The position numbers were made by a program, and so were the translations under genes. The notes beneath the pieces are model-generated. The model did not search any database, had not been told where the DNA came from, and saw only the letters and a list, made by a program, of their open reading frames with translations. From Kofleriaceae bacterium (GTDB lineage: Bacteria > Myxococcota_A > Polyangia > Haliangiales > Haliangiaceae), in contig JBKJLC010000079.1 of assembly GCA_046597055.1 (NCBI GenBank), forward strand, positions 9,783-73,782: a stretch of DNA of 64,000 nucleotides, written 5' to 3'. Numbering within the stretch: the stretch's first letter is position 1; each line of letters opens with the position of its first letter. This document shows, in pieces, positions 8,822 to 19,855 of the stretch.

Positions 8822-9349
8822 ATGATAGGAGCGAGTGCAAGCGCGGTGACAAGCACGGTCAACCCCTTCGTCTCCGTGCTCTCGCGCATCATTGCCACGG
8901 CGGGAGGTGCCGGATATTCACCGGTTGCACCGGGAACCTGCGGGACTTTCGTGGCTGTGCCACTGGCATGGGTGTGTCGAGGATCTGACACTCCCGTCTA
9001 CCTGGGTGTCGCCGTGCTCATCACACTGATTGGCATTGGTGCGGCGCACCTGGCCGATCGGGTATGGGGCACTCACGATTCGGGCAGGATCGTCATCGAC
9101 GAGGTCGCTGGCTACCTGATCACGGTCGCCCTGGTCGATCGCGGTGATCTGTGGGTGCTGGCGATCGGCTTCGTGATCTTCCGCGCGCTCGACATCATCA
9201 AGCCCCCACCGGTGCGGTGGTTGGACGAGAACCTCCCGGGCGGGTGGGGCGTGGTCCTCGACGATGTCGCCGCCGGGGTGATGGGCGCCGTTGCCATGGT
9301 GGCCCTGGACGCCGCCGGCGCGTTCGACGCGCTCGCGCGGCTCGGCTAG
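8822..9349 (+). CDS. pgpA: Phosphatidylglycerophosphatase A
   Basis: GYSPVAPGTCGT, HDSGRIVIDEVAG, FRALDIIKPPP, GGWGVVLDDVAAG. Confidence 0.95.
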   Translation: MIGASASAVTSTVNPFVSVLSRIIATAGGAGYSPVAPGTCGTFVAVPLAWVCRGSDTPVYLGVAVLITLIGIGAAHLADRVWGTHDSGRIVIDEVAGYLITVALVDRGDLWVLAIGFVIFRALDIIKPPPVRWLDENLPGGWGVVLDDVAAGVMGAVAMVALDAAGAFDALARLG

Positions 9350-9415
9350 CCGCCGGCGCTCCGCCCGGGGTCGGCATCACTGTCCATCGCCGGGGGTTTT
9401 GGTACCCTGAGCGCG

Positions 9416-10735
9416 ATGTACCGGGTCCTGCTTTTGACCGCGGCGCTCCTGGCCGCGGTCGCCCCGGCCGCGCGCGCCGACGGGCGGTTCCCCGACACCG
9501 CCACCGTGACGTTCCGGCAGGGGTCCACCGAGGAGATCTACCTGGGCGTCACCTTCGGCCTCCTGGTCAGCCGGGACAACGGCGCCAACTTCTACTGGGT
9601 GTGCGAGCAGAACATCGGCTTCAACGACGGCGACTACGACCCGAACTACCGGGTCGCAGCCGACGGGACGATCTATGCAAACACCTTCGACGGCCTGCAG
9701 GTCAGTCGGGATGGCGGCTGCTCGTTCGAGACCGCGACCCAGGACGCCGCGGCCGATGATTCCGGTCGGATCGCGGACAAGTGGATGGATGCCTTCGACA
9801 TCGGCCCGGACGGCGCGGTGTGGGTCGGGACCACCGACGGCGGGCGGCCCAACGAGGTCTACCGGTCCACCGACGCGGCGCGCACCTTCCGGCCGCTCGG
9901 CCTGCGATCGGAGGTCGTGTGGTGGAAGAGCATCCTTGCGGCGCCGAGCGCAGCCCGGCGGGCCTACGTCACCGGCTACCAGGTGACGCAGACGGCGCCC
10001 GACGGCGGGACCATCAGAGCGACCGTGAACCTGTACCGGACTGACGATGCCGGCGACACCTGGGTGCCCCTGCCGATCACGGACTTCCAGCTCGCGACGA
10101 GCCCGCTCGTGCTGGTCGAGGCGGTCGCGCCCGACGATCCCGAGCTGGTGTTCGCGCGCTCGGTGCTGGCAGCGGGGCTGGGAGACAAGCTGTACCGATC
10201 GAGCGACGCCGGGGCGACCTGGACCGAGGTGGCCGCGACGACCGACACGATCCAGGACGTCGTGATGCGCGCGGATGGCTCGGTGTTCGCCGCGACCAAG
10301 AGCGGTACCTACCGGTCGCTCGATCGGGGCGTGACCTTCGAGCGGTTGCCGACCGCGCCCCGGGCGCGCTGCCTCGGCGATCGCGGGGATGCGCTGTTCT
10401 CGTGCGGGGACAACTGGGAGCCGGACCTGTTCGCGCTCGGCCGCTCGTTCGATGGCACCAGCTGGTCCAAGGTCACCCGGTTCGTCGAGGTGAAAGGGCC
10501 GCTGTCGTGCCCGGCGGGCACCGCGCAACGCGACGTGTGCGAGGCGGAGAAGTGGGCGCTCCTCCGGTCGACGTTGGGGATTCCGGCGCCGCCGGCGCCG
10601 CCCGAGCCGCCGCCGCCGCCCGAGCCCGAGGGCTGCGCGACGTCGCGCACCGGCGTCGGGCTCGGCTCGATCGCGGCCGCGGTCGTCACGGCCGGGCTGC
10701 TGATGCGCCGGCGCCGCCGGCGCTGCTGCGAGTAG
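9416..10735 (+). CDS. Secreted BNR/Asp-box beta-propeller protein with MYXO-CTERM-like tail
   Basis: Signal peptide (ARA-DGRFP); repeated SxDxGxTF/W boxes; C-terminal GC...TM...RRRRRR. Confidence 0.8.
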   Translation: MYRVLLLTAALLAAVAPAARADGRFPDTATVTFRQGSTEEIYLGVTFGLLVSRDNGANFYWVCEQNIGFNDGDYDPNYRVAADGTIYANTFDGLQVSRDGGCSFETATQDAAADDSGRIADKWMDAFDIGPDGAVWVGTTDGGRPNEVYRSTDAARTFRPLGLRSEVVWWKSILAAPSAARRAYVTGYQVTQTAPDGGTIRATVNLYRTDDAGDTWVPLPITDFQLATSPLVLVEAVAPDDPELVFARSVLAAGLGDKLYRSSDAGATWTEVAATTDTIQDVVMRADGSVFAATKSGTYRSLDRGVTFERLPTAPRARCLGDRGDALFSCGDNWEPDLFALGRSFDGTSWSKVTRFVEVKGPLSCPAGTAQRDVCEAEKWALLRSTLGIPAPPAPPEPPPPPEPEGCATSRTGVGLGSIAAAVVTAGLLMRRRRRRCCE

Positions 10736-10752
10736 CGGTCGCCCGTGTGGGG

Positions 10753-11640
10753 CTACGCCATCGCGGCGACCAGCGCGTCGCGCCACGACGGATAGCGCGG
10801 AGCCCAGCCGAGCTCGCGGGCGAGTCGGCTCGCGTCGATGCGACGATCCGCGGTGAGCATGCCCGCGACCTCGGGGTCGACCGCGGCGACCGCGACCCTC
10901 GGCGGTGCTGGCAGTCCGAGCGCCGCGCAGGCGGCGACCGCGAGCTCGCGCGACGTGCACGGCGCGCGATCGGCGACGTTGTAGATCGGCCCGGGCGCCT
11001 CGGCATCGCCAGCCGCCAGCACGGCCGCGACCAGGTCATCGACGTGGATGCGGCTGACCTGGGTCTCGCCGTCGCCCACCATGCGGTAGGTGCCGGCGCG
11101 CAGCCGCGCCACCACGCCGCGATCGGGACCGTAGATGCCCGCCACCCGCAGGCGCACGCACGGCACGGCACCGGCGGCGAGCGCGGCCTCGGCGGCGACC
11201 CGGGCGCGACCGGCGCCGGTGATCGGCGCGCTCGCGAAGTCCTCGTCGACCCAGGCGCCGGCCGCCGGCGCGTACACCCCGGTCGACGACAGATAGACGA
11301 TGCGGCGCACGCCCGCGATCGCCGCGGCGGCGGCCAGCCCGGCCTCGGCGGTGCCGTGCTCGTCGATCGGCGGCGCGGTCACGACCACCGTCGTGCCCGC
11401 GGTGAGCAGCGCGGTCAACGACGACGGCGCGGCCAGGTCGACCACGGCCGCGCGCGCGCCAGTGCGGGCGGCGACCTCGGCGGCGGCATCCGCATCGCGG
11501 CGGGTCGCGATCACCGGGGTGCCTCGGCCCGCGAGCGCCGCGGCGACCCGCGCGCCGGTGTAGCCGGCGCCGACGACGATCCAGGCCGCGTCCGATCGAC
11601 CGGGCCCCGGTGCGGCGTCGTGGCCCCCGCGCGCGCTCAC
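10753..11640 (-). CDS. NAD-dependent epimerase/dehydratase (SDR, YeeZ-like)
   Basis: GAGYTG, YLSSTGVY, LRVAGIYGP, SRIHVDDL, IYNVAD. Confidence 0.9.
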   Translation of the reverse strand: MSARGGHDAAPGPGRSDAAWIVVGAGYTGARVAAALAGRGTPVIATRRDADAAAEVAARTGARAAVVDLAAPSSLTALLTAGTTVVVTAPPIDEHGTAEAGLAAAAAIAGVRRIVYLSSTGVYAPAAGAWVDEDFASAPITGAGRARVAAEAALAAGAVPCVRLRVAGIYGPDRGVVARLRAGTYRMVGDGETQVSRIHVDDLVAAVLAAGDAEAPGPIYNVADRAPCTSRELAVAACAALGLPAPPRVAVAAVDPEVAGMLTADRRIDASRLARELGWAPRYPSWRDALVAAMA

Positions 11641-12404
11641 GCGGCGACGGACTCGTCGACCAGGCGGGACTTCGGCGCGAGCTTGCGCGCGAACGCGGCG
11701 TGCTCCGACGCCGCGGCGGCGTCACCCTCGGTGGCAGCGGCCTCGGCGGCGATCGCGTGGAGCTGGGCCCGCGCGCCCTCGCCGAGGCGGACGTCCTTGA
11801 CCAGCGGCATCACCAGCGCGCGCGCGCGGGCCGGATTGCCCTCGGCGAGCGCGATCCGCGCCTCGCACTCGACCGCGATCAGCTCGACGCCGGCCGCCGG
11901 GATCAGCCGGCGGAACGGCTCGACGACCTTCTGGTAGGTGCGGCGGGCACCGGCGCTGTCACCCGCGCCAGTCCGGGTGTGGATGTCCGCGGCGGCCCAC
12001 AGCAGGTGCCAGCTGCGGGTCGAGCGCTGGTTGGCGCGGACCTCGGCGGCGTCGAGCGACGCGCGGGCGCCGGTCCAGTCGCGCCGCAGGTTGTGGGCCA
12101 TCGCCTGGAAGATGTAGAGCGGCATCCGGGTCGCCGGCACCAGGCGGCGCGGCAGCTCGCGCGCGACCAGCTCGAGCAGCTTGTCGGGATCGCCGATGCT
12201 CGCGAGCCGGCTGGCCGACGCGTGCACGCGCAGCCGGCGCAACCCCAGATAGATGAAGAGCACCGCGACGAAGAACAGCGCGGCGACCGCCTCGGCGATC
12301 GCGCCGGCGCCCGAGGTGAACACCAGCGCGGCGTACAGCGCGGCGCCGACGATCGGGATCAGCAGGCTCTCGCCATGCCGGCGCAACCAGGCCGCCGGGC
12401 TCAC
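11637..12404 (-). CDS. Hypothetical membrane protein with TPR-like helical C-terminus
   Basis: Two N-terminal TM segments then Ala-rich helices; GTGA overlaps with both neighbours. Confidence 0.7.
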   Translation of the reverse strand: MSPAAWLRRHGESLLIPIVGAALYAALVFTSGAGAIAEAVAALFFVAVLFIYLGLRRLRVHASASRLASIGDPDKLLELVARELPRRLVPATRMPLYIFQAMAHNLRRDWTGARASLDAAEVRANQRSTRSWHLLWAAADIHTRTGAGDSAGARRTYQKVVEPFRRLIPAAGVELIAVECEARIALAEGNPARARALVMPLVKDVRLGEGARAQLHAIAAEAAATEGDAAAASEHAAFARKLAPKSRLVDESVAA

Positions 12405-13759
12405 CGCGAGCTCCGGCCCGGCAGCGGCCGCCGCAGGTGGCGCGCGACCAGCAGCGCGAGCTCGAGCGCTTGCTCGTAGTTGAGGCGCGGGTCGACCCGG
12501 GTGTGGTACGCGCGCTGGAGGTCTTCGGCGGCCAGGCCGCGCGCGCCGCCGATGCACTCGGTGACGTCCTCGCCGGTCATCTCGAAGTGGACGCCGCCGA
12601 GCACCGAACCGAGCTGCTCATGCACCTCGAAGCTCTCCTCGAGCTCGGCCAGGATCTTGTCGAAGCGCCGGGTCTTGTAGCCCTGGGGCGTGTTCTCGGT
12701 GTTGCCGTGCATCGGGTCGGCGACCCACAGCACCTTGCGGCCGGTGTGGTTGACCGCCTCGAGCAGCCGCGGCAGGTGGGCGGCGACCTTGCCGGCGCCC
12801 ATGCGGTGGATCAGCGTGATGCGGCCGGGCTGGTGCTCGGGATCGAGCACCGCGAGCAGCTCGGTCAGCCACTCGGGCGTCATCGCGGGGCCGATCTTGA
12901 TGCCGAGCGGGTTGCGGATGCCGCGGTGGAACTCGACGTGGGCGCCGTCGAGCTGGGCGGTGCGCATGCCGATCCACGGCATGTGGGTCGACAGGTTGTA
13001 GGCGCCCGGGCGGCGCGGCACCGCGCGGGTCTGGGCCTGCTCGTACAGCAGCGCGAGGCCCTCGTGGCTGGTGAAGAAGTCGATCCGGCGCAAGATCGCG
13101 CTGTCGATGCCGGTCACCGCGGTGATGAACGAGATCGACTCGCGGATCTGGTCGACGATCTTCCGGTACTCCTCGACATGGCGCGCGCCGTCGGCGAACG
13201 AGATGTCCCAGTACTCCGGGTGGTGGAGATCGGCGAAGCCACCGTCGGCCAGCGCACGCACGAAGTTGAGCGTGAGCGCGGCGCGCTCGTACGCGCGCAG
13301 CATGAGGACCGGGTCCGGCGTGCGGTCGCCTTCGGTGAAGGCCTCGCGGTTGACGCTGTCGCCGCGGTACGAGGGCAGGGTCACCCCGTCCTTGGTCTCG
13401 GTGTCGGTCGAGCGCGGCTTGGCGTACTGACCGGCGATGCGCCCGACCCGGATGACCGGGCGCCGGGTGCCGTGCACCAGCACCAGGCTCATCTGCATCA
13501 GGATCTTGAGCTTGGCGGCGATCGCGTCGGGGCGGCAGTCGTCGAAGCTCTCGGCGCAGTCACCGCCCTGCAGCAGGAACGCCTCGCCGCGGGCGGCCTT
13601 GGCGAGCTGCTCGCGCAGGCTCTCGACCTCCCACGACGTCACCAGCGGCGGCAGCCGTCGCATCTCCTCGACCACCCGCGCCAGCGCGTCGGGGTCGGGA
13701 TAGCTCGCCTGCTGCTGGGCCGCGCGGGTCTGCCACGACTCGGGCGTCCAGGCGGTCAT
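12401..13759 (-). CDS. Class II DAHP synthase (3-deoxy-7-phosphoheptulonate synthase)
   Basis: FLLQGGDCAESF, GRIAGQYAKPRS, DPMHGNT, GGVHFEMTG, DPRLN. Confidence 0.96.
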   Translation of the reverse strand: MTAWTPESWQTRAAQQQASYPDPDALARVVEEMRRLPPLVTSWEVESLREQLAKAARGEAFLLQGGDCAESFDDCRPDAIAAKLKILMQMSLVLVHGTRRPVIRVGRIAGQYAKPRSTDTETKDGVTLPSYRGDSVNREAFTEGDRTPDPVLMLRAYERAALTLNFVRALADGGFADLHHPEYWDISFADGARHVEEYRKIVDQIRESISFITAVTGIDSAILRRIDFFTSHEGLALLYEQAQTRAVPRRPGAYNLSTHMPWIGMRTAQLDGAHVEFHRGIRNPLGIKIGPAMTPEWLTELLAVLDPEHQPGRITLIHRMGAGKVAAHLPRLLEAVNHTGRKVLWVADPMHGNTENTPQGYKTRRFDKILAELEESFEVHEQLGSVLGGVHFEMTGEDVTECIGGARGLAAEDLQRAYHTRVDPRLNYEQALELALLVARHLRRPLPGRSSR

Positions 13760-13944
13760 GAGCCGACTCGCGGGGCGCGCCGTTCGCGCGCCATCCCCCA
13801 CCGATCCTGAGACATGGAATGCAGCACCGCCGCAATGTACCGCAAGCGTGCGGACGCACCACGTCGACGTGGACGAGCGCCGCTCAGATCGGCTGTCGCG
13901 GTCGCTCATGTCGTACTCTGGCACGGAGCGGCTATAAAGGACCG

Positions 13945-14670
13945 GTGACCACCCCGCCGCGAGACCTGCTGCGCGGCGCCTGGAGCCAGGTCGGCCGGGT
14001 GACGATCGTCCCCGAGGCCGCCGGGGGCCCGGCGCCGTGGCCCGGCGCGCTCGTGGTCGCGACCGGCATCGCCGTCGGCGCGCTGGGGTGGCTCGGGAGC
14101 TGGGTCCTCATCGCGCTCGGCGCCGCGCCGGCGCTGGGCGCGCTGGTCGCGGTGGTGCTCGCCATCGTCGGCGGGGCCGCGCTGGTCGAGCGGGGCGCGC
14201 ATGCCGCCGTCGAGCGCTGGCTCGGCGCGCGGTGGGCGCCGCTGGTCCTCGGGGGCGCCGTGCTCGCGCGCCTGGTCGCGCTGTGGTCGATCGCGCCGCG
14301 GCTGTGGCTCGGCGCGCTGGTGCTGGCGCTTGCGGTCGGGCGGTGGGCCGCGGTCGCGCTGCAGCGGCTGGGGGATGTTGCCGCGGCGGGCCGGGGCCGC
14401 ACGCTCGTGATCGGAACGGTCGGGTGGCTCGAGCTCGCGGTCGCCTCGATCGTCGTGCTCGCGCTGGCGATGCTGGTGGGCGGCGGCAGCGGCGTGCTGA
14501 TCGTGGTGGTGGCCGGGCTGGCTGCGGGTGGGCTCGGGCTCGGGGTGCAGATCCTCGACCGCGAGCTGGCGGGGGACAGCCTGGCCGCCATCGCCACCGC
14601 GATCGAGCTGATCGTGCTGGTCGGGCTGGCCGCGGCGGCACCCGCGGCGATCTCGCCCTTCGTGCGGTAG
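13945..14670 (+). CDS. Integral membrane protein, divergent CobS-like
   Basis: Multi-TM; C-terminal ELAGDSLAAIATAIELIVL resembles the CobS GG.TGD..GA..E motif, but the Asp-rich motif is absent. Confidence 0.5.
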   Translation: MTTPPRDLLRGAWSQVGRVTIVPEAAGGPAPWPGALVVATGIAVGALGWLGSWVLIALGAAPALGALVAVVLAIVGGAALVERGAHAAVERWLGARWAPLVLGGAVLARLVALWSIAPRLWLGALVLALAVGRWAAVALQRLGDVAAAGRGRTLVIGTVGWLELAVASIVVLALAMLVGGGSGVLIVVVAGLAAGGLGLGVQILDRELAGDSLAAIATAIELIVLVGLAAAAPAAISPFVR

Positions 14671-14681
14671 GCTCACGAGAC

Positions 14682-15512
14682 GTGCGGTTCCTGGGCTTCC
14701 TGCTGGCCGCGTTCGTCACCGTGATCGGGGCGTCGACCCGGCCGGCGGCCGCGCAGCATTGCCACGTCCCGGATGCGGTCGAGGCCGAGCGCGCGTGGTG
14801 GTTGCGCGGCTCGGCGACCGTGGTCGCCGGCAGCACTGATCTGCTCGGGGAGACCCGCGAATACCAGGGGCTTGGCGTCGCGGTGCAGGCCGGGACCGGG
14901 CGCTTCAGCGGCCGGGTCGCGCTGCCGGCCTACCGCATCGCCAGCGACCGGAGCGAGCTGGGCGATCCGACCGCCGATGCGGGACCGGGGCTCGGCGACG
15001 CAACCCTCGCCGCCGCGGTCGACCTGCTGCCGCGCGGCGCTCGAAGCCGCGCGGGGCTCACCGCGACGCTGGGACTGCCGACCGGCAACGCAGATCGCGG
15101 GCGCGGCATGGGTCACGTCATGGTCACCGGCGGCGGGTGGCTCCGGCGGCGGCACGGTCGCGCTGGCTACGGGGTCAGCGCGGTGTGGTCGCGCACGCTC
15201 GGCGACGACGCCGCCCACGCCGCCCACGCGCGGGGCGGCCAGGCCGGCTGGCCGCTGGTCGATCCGATGAACCCGAGCGAGCTCATGATCGACGTGTCGG
15301 CGCTGGTCGCGGTGGTGCCGGGTCACCTGCGGACCGGGACCAGCGTCACCTACGCGACCCCGGTCGAGGTGACCGGCGAGCGACGCCTGGTCGCCGCCGC
15401 GGTCGCCGAGGTGCTGCGCGGGCCCTACACGCTCGGGCTCCAGGTCGGCGTCCCGCTGATCGGCGATCCGTACGTCGCCCGCGGCACGCTCGAGCTCGCG
15501 TATCGATACTAG
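14682..15512 (+). CDS. Secreted, probable outer-membrane beta-barrel protein
   Basis: Signal peptide ending AAA-QHCH; GLGD...LGLPTG motif; alternating beta pattern; terminal ELAYRY. Confidence 0.6.
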   Translation: MRFLGFLLAAFVTVIGASTRPAAAQHCHVPDAVEAERAWWLRGSATVVAGSTDLLGETREYQGLGVAVQAGTGRFSGRVALPAYRIASDRSELGDPTADAGPGLGDATLAAAVDLLPRGARSRAGLTATLGLPTGNADRGRGMGHVMVTGGGWLRRRHGRAGYGVSAVWSRTLGDDAAHAAHARGGQAGWPLVDPMNPSELMIDVSALVAVVPGHLRTGTSVTYATPVEVTGERRLVAAAVAEVLRGPYTLGLQVGVPLIGDPYVARGTLELAYRY

Positions 15513-15594
15513 ATCACGTCGAGCGATGTGCCGATGTGACCGCATCGGACGCGCTGGCCGGCCGCCGACCGCGCCCGCCGCGCCGCAGCCGCGG

Positions 15595-15900
15595 TCACGC
15601 CGGTCGCAGCTGGGCGACGGTCGCGCCCCAGCCGCCGTCGCGCTCGCCGGCCAGCGCGAAGCTCGCCACGCCGGCATGGCGCTCGAGCACGGCGTGCACG
15701 GTGCGGCGCAGGTTGCCGATGCCCTTGCCGTGGATGATCCGCACCCGGGTGAGGCCGGCCGCGCGGGCGGCCTCGACGTACTCGGCCACCACGTCGCCGA
15801 CCTCGCGGGGCCGGAAGTTGTGCAGGTCGAGCTGGTCGGTGATCGGGACCTGGACCACCGCGTCGGGATCCCACGGTTCGTCGTCCCCGTCGTCGCTCAC
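15595..15900 (-). CDS. Stand-alone Smr domain protein
   Basis: LDLHNF...[13 protein letters not shown]...GGWGATV. Confidence 0.92.
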   Translation of the reverse strand: MSDDGDDEPWDPDAVVQVPITDQLDLHNFRPREVGDVVAEYVEAARAAGLTRVRIIHGKGIGNLRRTVHAVLERHAGVASFALAGERDGGWGATVAQLRPA

Positions 15901-16748
15901 CCCGGCCACACCGAGCCATCGGGGACGAACGCCTGGGTCCGCGCGCGCAAGGCCGGCGGCAGCCGGGCGTCGAGGATGCCGGCGACCTCGTCGGGCTGGT
16001 ACAGCTGCGAGAAGTGCATGAGCACGAGGTGCGGCATCGTGAAGGCGTCCGCGCGCTCGATCACCTCGTCGAGGTGGATGTGGCAGCCGGCCCGCGCGGC
16101 CTCGAGCGACTTGCGGTCGTCGAGGAAGGTCGCCTCCATCACCAGCACCTTGCTCGCCAGCAGCTCGGGCGCATGCTCGACCGCCTGGATCAGCGTGTCG
16201 GTCGCGTACGACAGCTCGATGCTTTCGCCGGTGTCGAACAGGTCGTCGCCGGCCCGGCGGCGCGCCGCGATCTCGGGTCCGGTGAGGCCGAGGTGCGCGG
16301 GCTTGAGCTTCTGGACCCGGCGCACGAGCTGGTACGCGAGCGACGGCACCGGATGGAAGGTGCGCAGCGCGCGCACGATCAGGTCCTTGCGCAGCGGGTG
16401 CTCGTCGCCCGGGCGCAGGCCGATCGCCTCGACCTCGAGCGGGTAGCGCTGCAGCTCGCTCATCGCCCGTAGGGTCGCCAGCACCGGCTCGACGATCTCG
16501 GCTGGCATGATCATGCGCAGCGGCGCCTTCTGGTTGTGGAGCGCGCGGATCCCGAGCAGCCCGGGCAGGGCGCCGACGTGGTCGGCGTGGCCATGCGAGA
16601 GCAGCAGCGTGCCGACCGCGGCGGTCGTGCGCAGCGGCATACCGACGTCGAACAGCACGTCGAGCTCGGGCACGTGGATCGACGTGCACACGCCGCCGAC
16701 CGACACGCCGCGAACCGTGTAGGGCCCGGCGCGCACCGTGGACAGCAT
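15897..16748 (-). CDS. MBL-fold ribonuclease Z-like protein
   Basis: [36 protein letters not shown]. Confidence 0.85.
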   Translation of the reverse strand: MLSTVRAGPYTVRGVSVGGVCTSIHVPELDVLFDVGMPLRTTAAVGTLLLSHGHADHVGALPGLLGIRALHNQKAPLRMIMPAEIVEPVLATLRAMSELQRYPLEVEAIGLRPGDEHPLRKDLIVRALRTFHPVPSLAYQLVRRVQKLKPAHLGLTGPEIAARRRAGDDLFDTGESIELSYATDTLIQAVEHAPELLASKVLVMEATFLDDRKSLEAARAGCHIHLDEVIERADAFTMPHLVLMHFSQLYQPDEVAGILDARLPPALRARTQAFVPDGSVWPG

Positions 16749-16753
16749 CTGGG

Positions 16754-17440
16754 TCACTCCACGCTCAGCTCGGTGCCGCGCCAGGCAACCCCGCCTTGGC
16801 CGTCGCGGACCGCGACGAACAACCAGCCGCTCTCGGCCTCGTCGTCGACCACCAGCTCGGCCGGGTTCGACTGGTAGCGCTCGATGGTCCCCGCGATGGT
16901 GTACCAGGCGAAGCGCGCCTGGTCGCCGGGCGGCGGATCGGTCACGACCATCAGCGGGAGGGTCTCGCCGCGGCGGACGACCACCGTGCCGGTCATGCCG
17001 TCGCTGGGGCCGATCGTCAGGCCGGTGATGACCGGGTTCCGGGTGCTGATCGGCGCGATCACCATGACCTTGATCGCGGTCAGGGGCGTGGCCCCGACGC
17101 CGTCGATCGTGATCTGCACGGTGTCGAGCGGCGGCGGGTTCCCGGGCCGCGCCGGCACCGGGTCGGGAGCGATGTAGCGAACCCCGAGGTCGTCCTCTTC
17201 CAGGCGACCGAGCGGCGCCACCCCGGGGTAGGTCTCGATCAGCGCGTAGGTCCGGGTGAGCCCGATCAGCACGCCACTCCCGTCGACGACGACGGTGTCG
17301 AGCCGCGAGGCCTCGCCCGCGGCGACCACCGGTGGCTCGGCGGTGACCGCCAGGATCGTCGGCTTCTCCAGCGACGCCGGGGTGGCGAAGTCGGTGCAAG
17401 CGGCGAGCAGGACAGACAGCAGGACGACGGCGAGACGCAT
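16754..17440 (-). CDS. Hypothetical lipoprotein
   Basis: MRLAVVLLSVLLAAC lipobox; ILAVTAEPP; VAVRDGQGGVAW. Confidence 0.75.
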   Translation of the reverse strand: MRLAVVLLSVLLAACTDFATPASLEKPTILAVTAEPPVVAAGEASRLDTVVVDGSGVLIGLTRTYALIETYPGVAPLGRLEEDDLGVRYIAPDPVPARPGNPPPLDTVQITIDGVGATPLTAIKVMVIAPISTRNPVITGLTIGPSDGMTGTVVVRRGETLPLMVVTDPPPGDQARFAWYTIAGTIERYQSNPAELVVDDEAESGWLFVAVRDGQGGVAWRGTELSVE

Positions 17441-17545
17441 ACGCGCGGCGAGTATAGGGCCGCGCTGGCGAGTGACCACCCGAACCGTTCGGGTGTTAGG
17501 ATTGCCGCTCTTGTCCGCGGCCGGCTGCCGTCCGCTGGAGGTTGC

Positions 17546-18952
17546 ATGACCTGGTACTGGTACGTCCTCGTCGTCCTCGGCGCGCTCTTCGCCGTCTCGA
17601 TCGCCCTGCCGGTGCCCCGGCGCATGTGGGCGTTCGTCCTGTATGCCTCGAAATACGTCTGGCTGTGGCTGCTTGATGCCACCCGGCTGCGCAAGCTCTG
17701 GTTCAAGCTGCGGGGCAAGCCCTACCGCCCGCTGACGCGGCCCCAGCTCCTCCGCCTGTTCTTCGAGGACATGGGCCCGACCTTCCTCAAGTTCGGCCAG
17801 ATCATCGCGTCGTCGGCGGGCCTGTTCCCCGATGCCTACGTGAAGGAGTTCGCGAAGGTGCTCGACCGGGTCCGGCCGTTCCCGTTCGAGGACGTGCGCC
17901 GCATCCTCGACCAGGAGCTCGGCGAGCGCGCCAGCCAGGTCACCAAGATCGAGACCAAGCCGCTGGCGTCGGCGTCGATCGCTCAGGTCCACGGCGCCGA
18001 GCTGGCCGACGGCACCAAGGTCGTCTTCAAGGTGCAGCGCCCCGGCATCGACAAGCGCACGACCGCCGACATGAAGATCATGCGCTTCATGGCTGGCGTG
18101 GTCGCCCGGTTCGCCCGCGACGCCGAGCTGGCCAACCCGGTCGGCGTGATCAACGACTTCGCCGCGACCCTCAGCGACGAGCTCGACTTCCGCAAGGAGG
18201 CGGCCAACCTCGCCCGCTTCAACGACATCATGCGCGAGCTCGGCCACAAGAACATCCGGGCGCCGGTGCACTACCCCGAGCTGACCACCCGCCGGATCCT
18301 GGTGATGGAGCGGTTCAGCGGGGTGCGGGTCGATCAGTACGACGAGATCCGCCGCCGCGGCATCAACGGCGAGGAGAAGCTGGTCGCCGGCCTGCGCGCG
18401 TGGTTCCAGTGCGTCGTCTTCTACGGCTTCTTTCACGGCGACGTCCACGCCGGCAACCTGATGCTGCTCGACGACGAGGACATCGGCTTCCTCGACTTCG
18501 GCATCGTCGGACGCTTCGACGAGAGCCAGCGCTTCCTGGTCACCGACTACATGATCGCGTTCGCGTCCGGCAACTACCGCCGGCTCGGCGAGGTGATCAT
18601 CGAGATGGGTGGCGCGGTCAGCGAGAAGGCGATCGACATGGAGGCGTTCGTGAAGGATCTGGGCGAGACCTACTCGCCGCTCCTGAAGCTGTCGTTCGGC
18701 GAGGTCAACTACGCCAACTTTCTCCCCGGCATCCAGCGGGTCGCGACCCGCCACCGGGTGAAGATGCCCAACGAGTTCATCCTCATCACGAAGCAGCTCC
18801 TGTACTTCGACCGCTACGCGAAGGCGCTGGCGCCCAAGCTCAACGTGTTCACCGACCCGCGCCTGATCTTCTCGATGATGATGGACATCCAGAAGGCGCG
18901 GGCGGCGATGCCCGCGGGTCAGCCCAAGCCGCGGCCGGCCCAGGCCTCGTAA
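17546..18952 (+). CDS. ABC1/UbiB family atypical kinase
   Basis: [51 protein letters not shown]. Confidence 0.95.
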   Translation: MTWYWYVLVVLGALFAVSIALPVPRRMWAFVLYASKYVWLWLLDATRLRKLWFKLRGKPYRPLTRPQLLRLFFEDMGPTFLKFGQIIASSAGLFPDAYVKEFAKVLDRVRPFPFEDVRRILDQELGERASQVTKIETKPLASASIAQVHGAELADGTKVVFKVQRPGIDKRTTADMKIMRFMAGVVARFARDAELANPVGVINDFAATLSDELDFRKEAANLARFNDIMRELGHKNIRAPVHYPELTTRRILVMERFSGVRVDQYDEIRRRGINGEEKLVAGLRAWFQCVVFYGFFHGDVHAGNLMLLDDEDIGFLDFGIVGRFDESQRFLVTDYMIAFASGNYRRLGEVIIEMGGAVSEKAIDMEAFVKDLGETYSPLLKLSFGEVNYANFLPGIQRVATRHRVKMPNEFILITKQLLYFDRYAKALAPKLNVFTDPRLIFSMMMDIQKARAAMPAGQPKPRPAQAS

Positions 18953-18964
18953 CCGGGGCCGCGC

Positions 18965-19855
18965 CTGCCCGCCGCAAATCCGTTCCTCGCCGGCAAGTCC
19001 CGGCCGATCGTGGTCGGGCATCGCGGCGTGCCGCTCCTGCACCAGGAGAACACGCTGGCCGGGTTCCGCCGCGCGGTCGCGCTCGGCGTACCGGCGATCG
19101 AACTCGACGTCCAGCTCACCGCCGACCGTCGCGCGGTGGTGCTGCACGACGGCAACCTGCTGCGCCTGACCGGGACCGCGCGTCGGGTGGTCGATCTGAC
19201 CTGGGATCAGCTGTCGCGCTTGCGGATCCGGCGCGACCTCTCGATGGGGACCGACTTCCACGGCCATCCCGTCATCGTGCGCTATCAGCAGGAGGAGTCG
19301 ATCCCGCTGCTGGCCGAGGTGCTGGCCGAGGTCGCCGGCGCGATCGCGATCAACATCGAGCTCAAGCTCGAGCTGCCGCGGTTCTGGCCGGTCGACATCG
19401 GCGCGGTGGTCGCCGCCGAAGTGGCCCGCGCCGGCGTGCAAGACCGGGTGATCATCACGTCGTTCGACTTTCGCAAGCTGCGGGCGGCGGGCCGGGTGTG
19501 CCCGGGGCTGGCGGTCGGCTTCTGCTTCGACGACACCATGCTCGACTTCGTCGGACGGCTGCTCGACAGCCGGCGGGCGCTGCGCCGCATCCTCGACTCG
19601 CACCTGGTCGGTCGCCTGCTCGCCGGCCGGGTGGTCGGGGCCGAGCACACGCTGGTCGGGGCCGACACCGTGCGCCGGCTGCACCAGCTCGGGGTCGCGA
19701 TCGGCACCCACACGATCTTCCCGCTGGGCTCGACCACCGGCAAGAAGATCGCCGCGAGCGCCAGCACCGCGGCCGAGGTCGAGCGGCTGGTCGCGCTCGG
19801 GGTCGACTGGATCGAGAGCGACGATCCCGAGCGACTGCTCGCGCTGATCGGCTAA
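18965..19855 (+). CDS. Glycerophosphodiester phosphodiesterase (start uncertain: CTG 18965 or GTG 19010)
   Basis: GHRG...[17 protein letters not shown]...[20 protein letters not shown]. Confidence 0.9.
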   Translation: MPAANPFLAGKSRPIVVGHRGVPLLHQENTLAGFRRAVALGVPAIELDVQLTADRRAVVLHDGNLLRLTGTARRVVDLTWDQLSRLRIRRDLSMGTDFHGHPVIVRYQQEESIPLLAEVLAEVAGAIAINIELKLELPRFWPVDIGAVVAAEVARAGVQDRVIITSFDFRKLRAAGRVCPGLAVGFCFDDTMLDFVGRLLDSRRALRRILDSHLVGRLLAGRVVGAEHTLVGADTVRRLHQLGVAIGTHTIFPLGSTTGKKIAASASTAAEVERLVALGVDWIESDDPERLLALIG

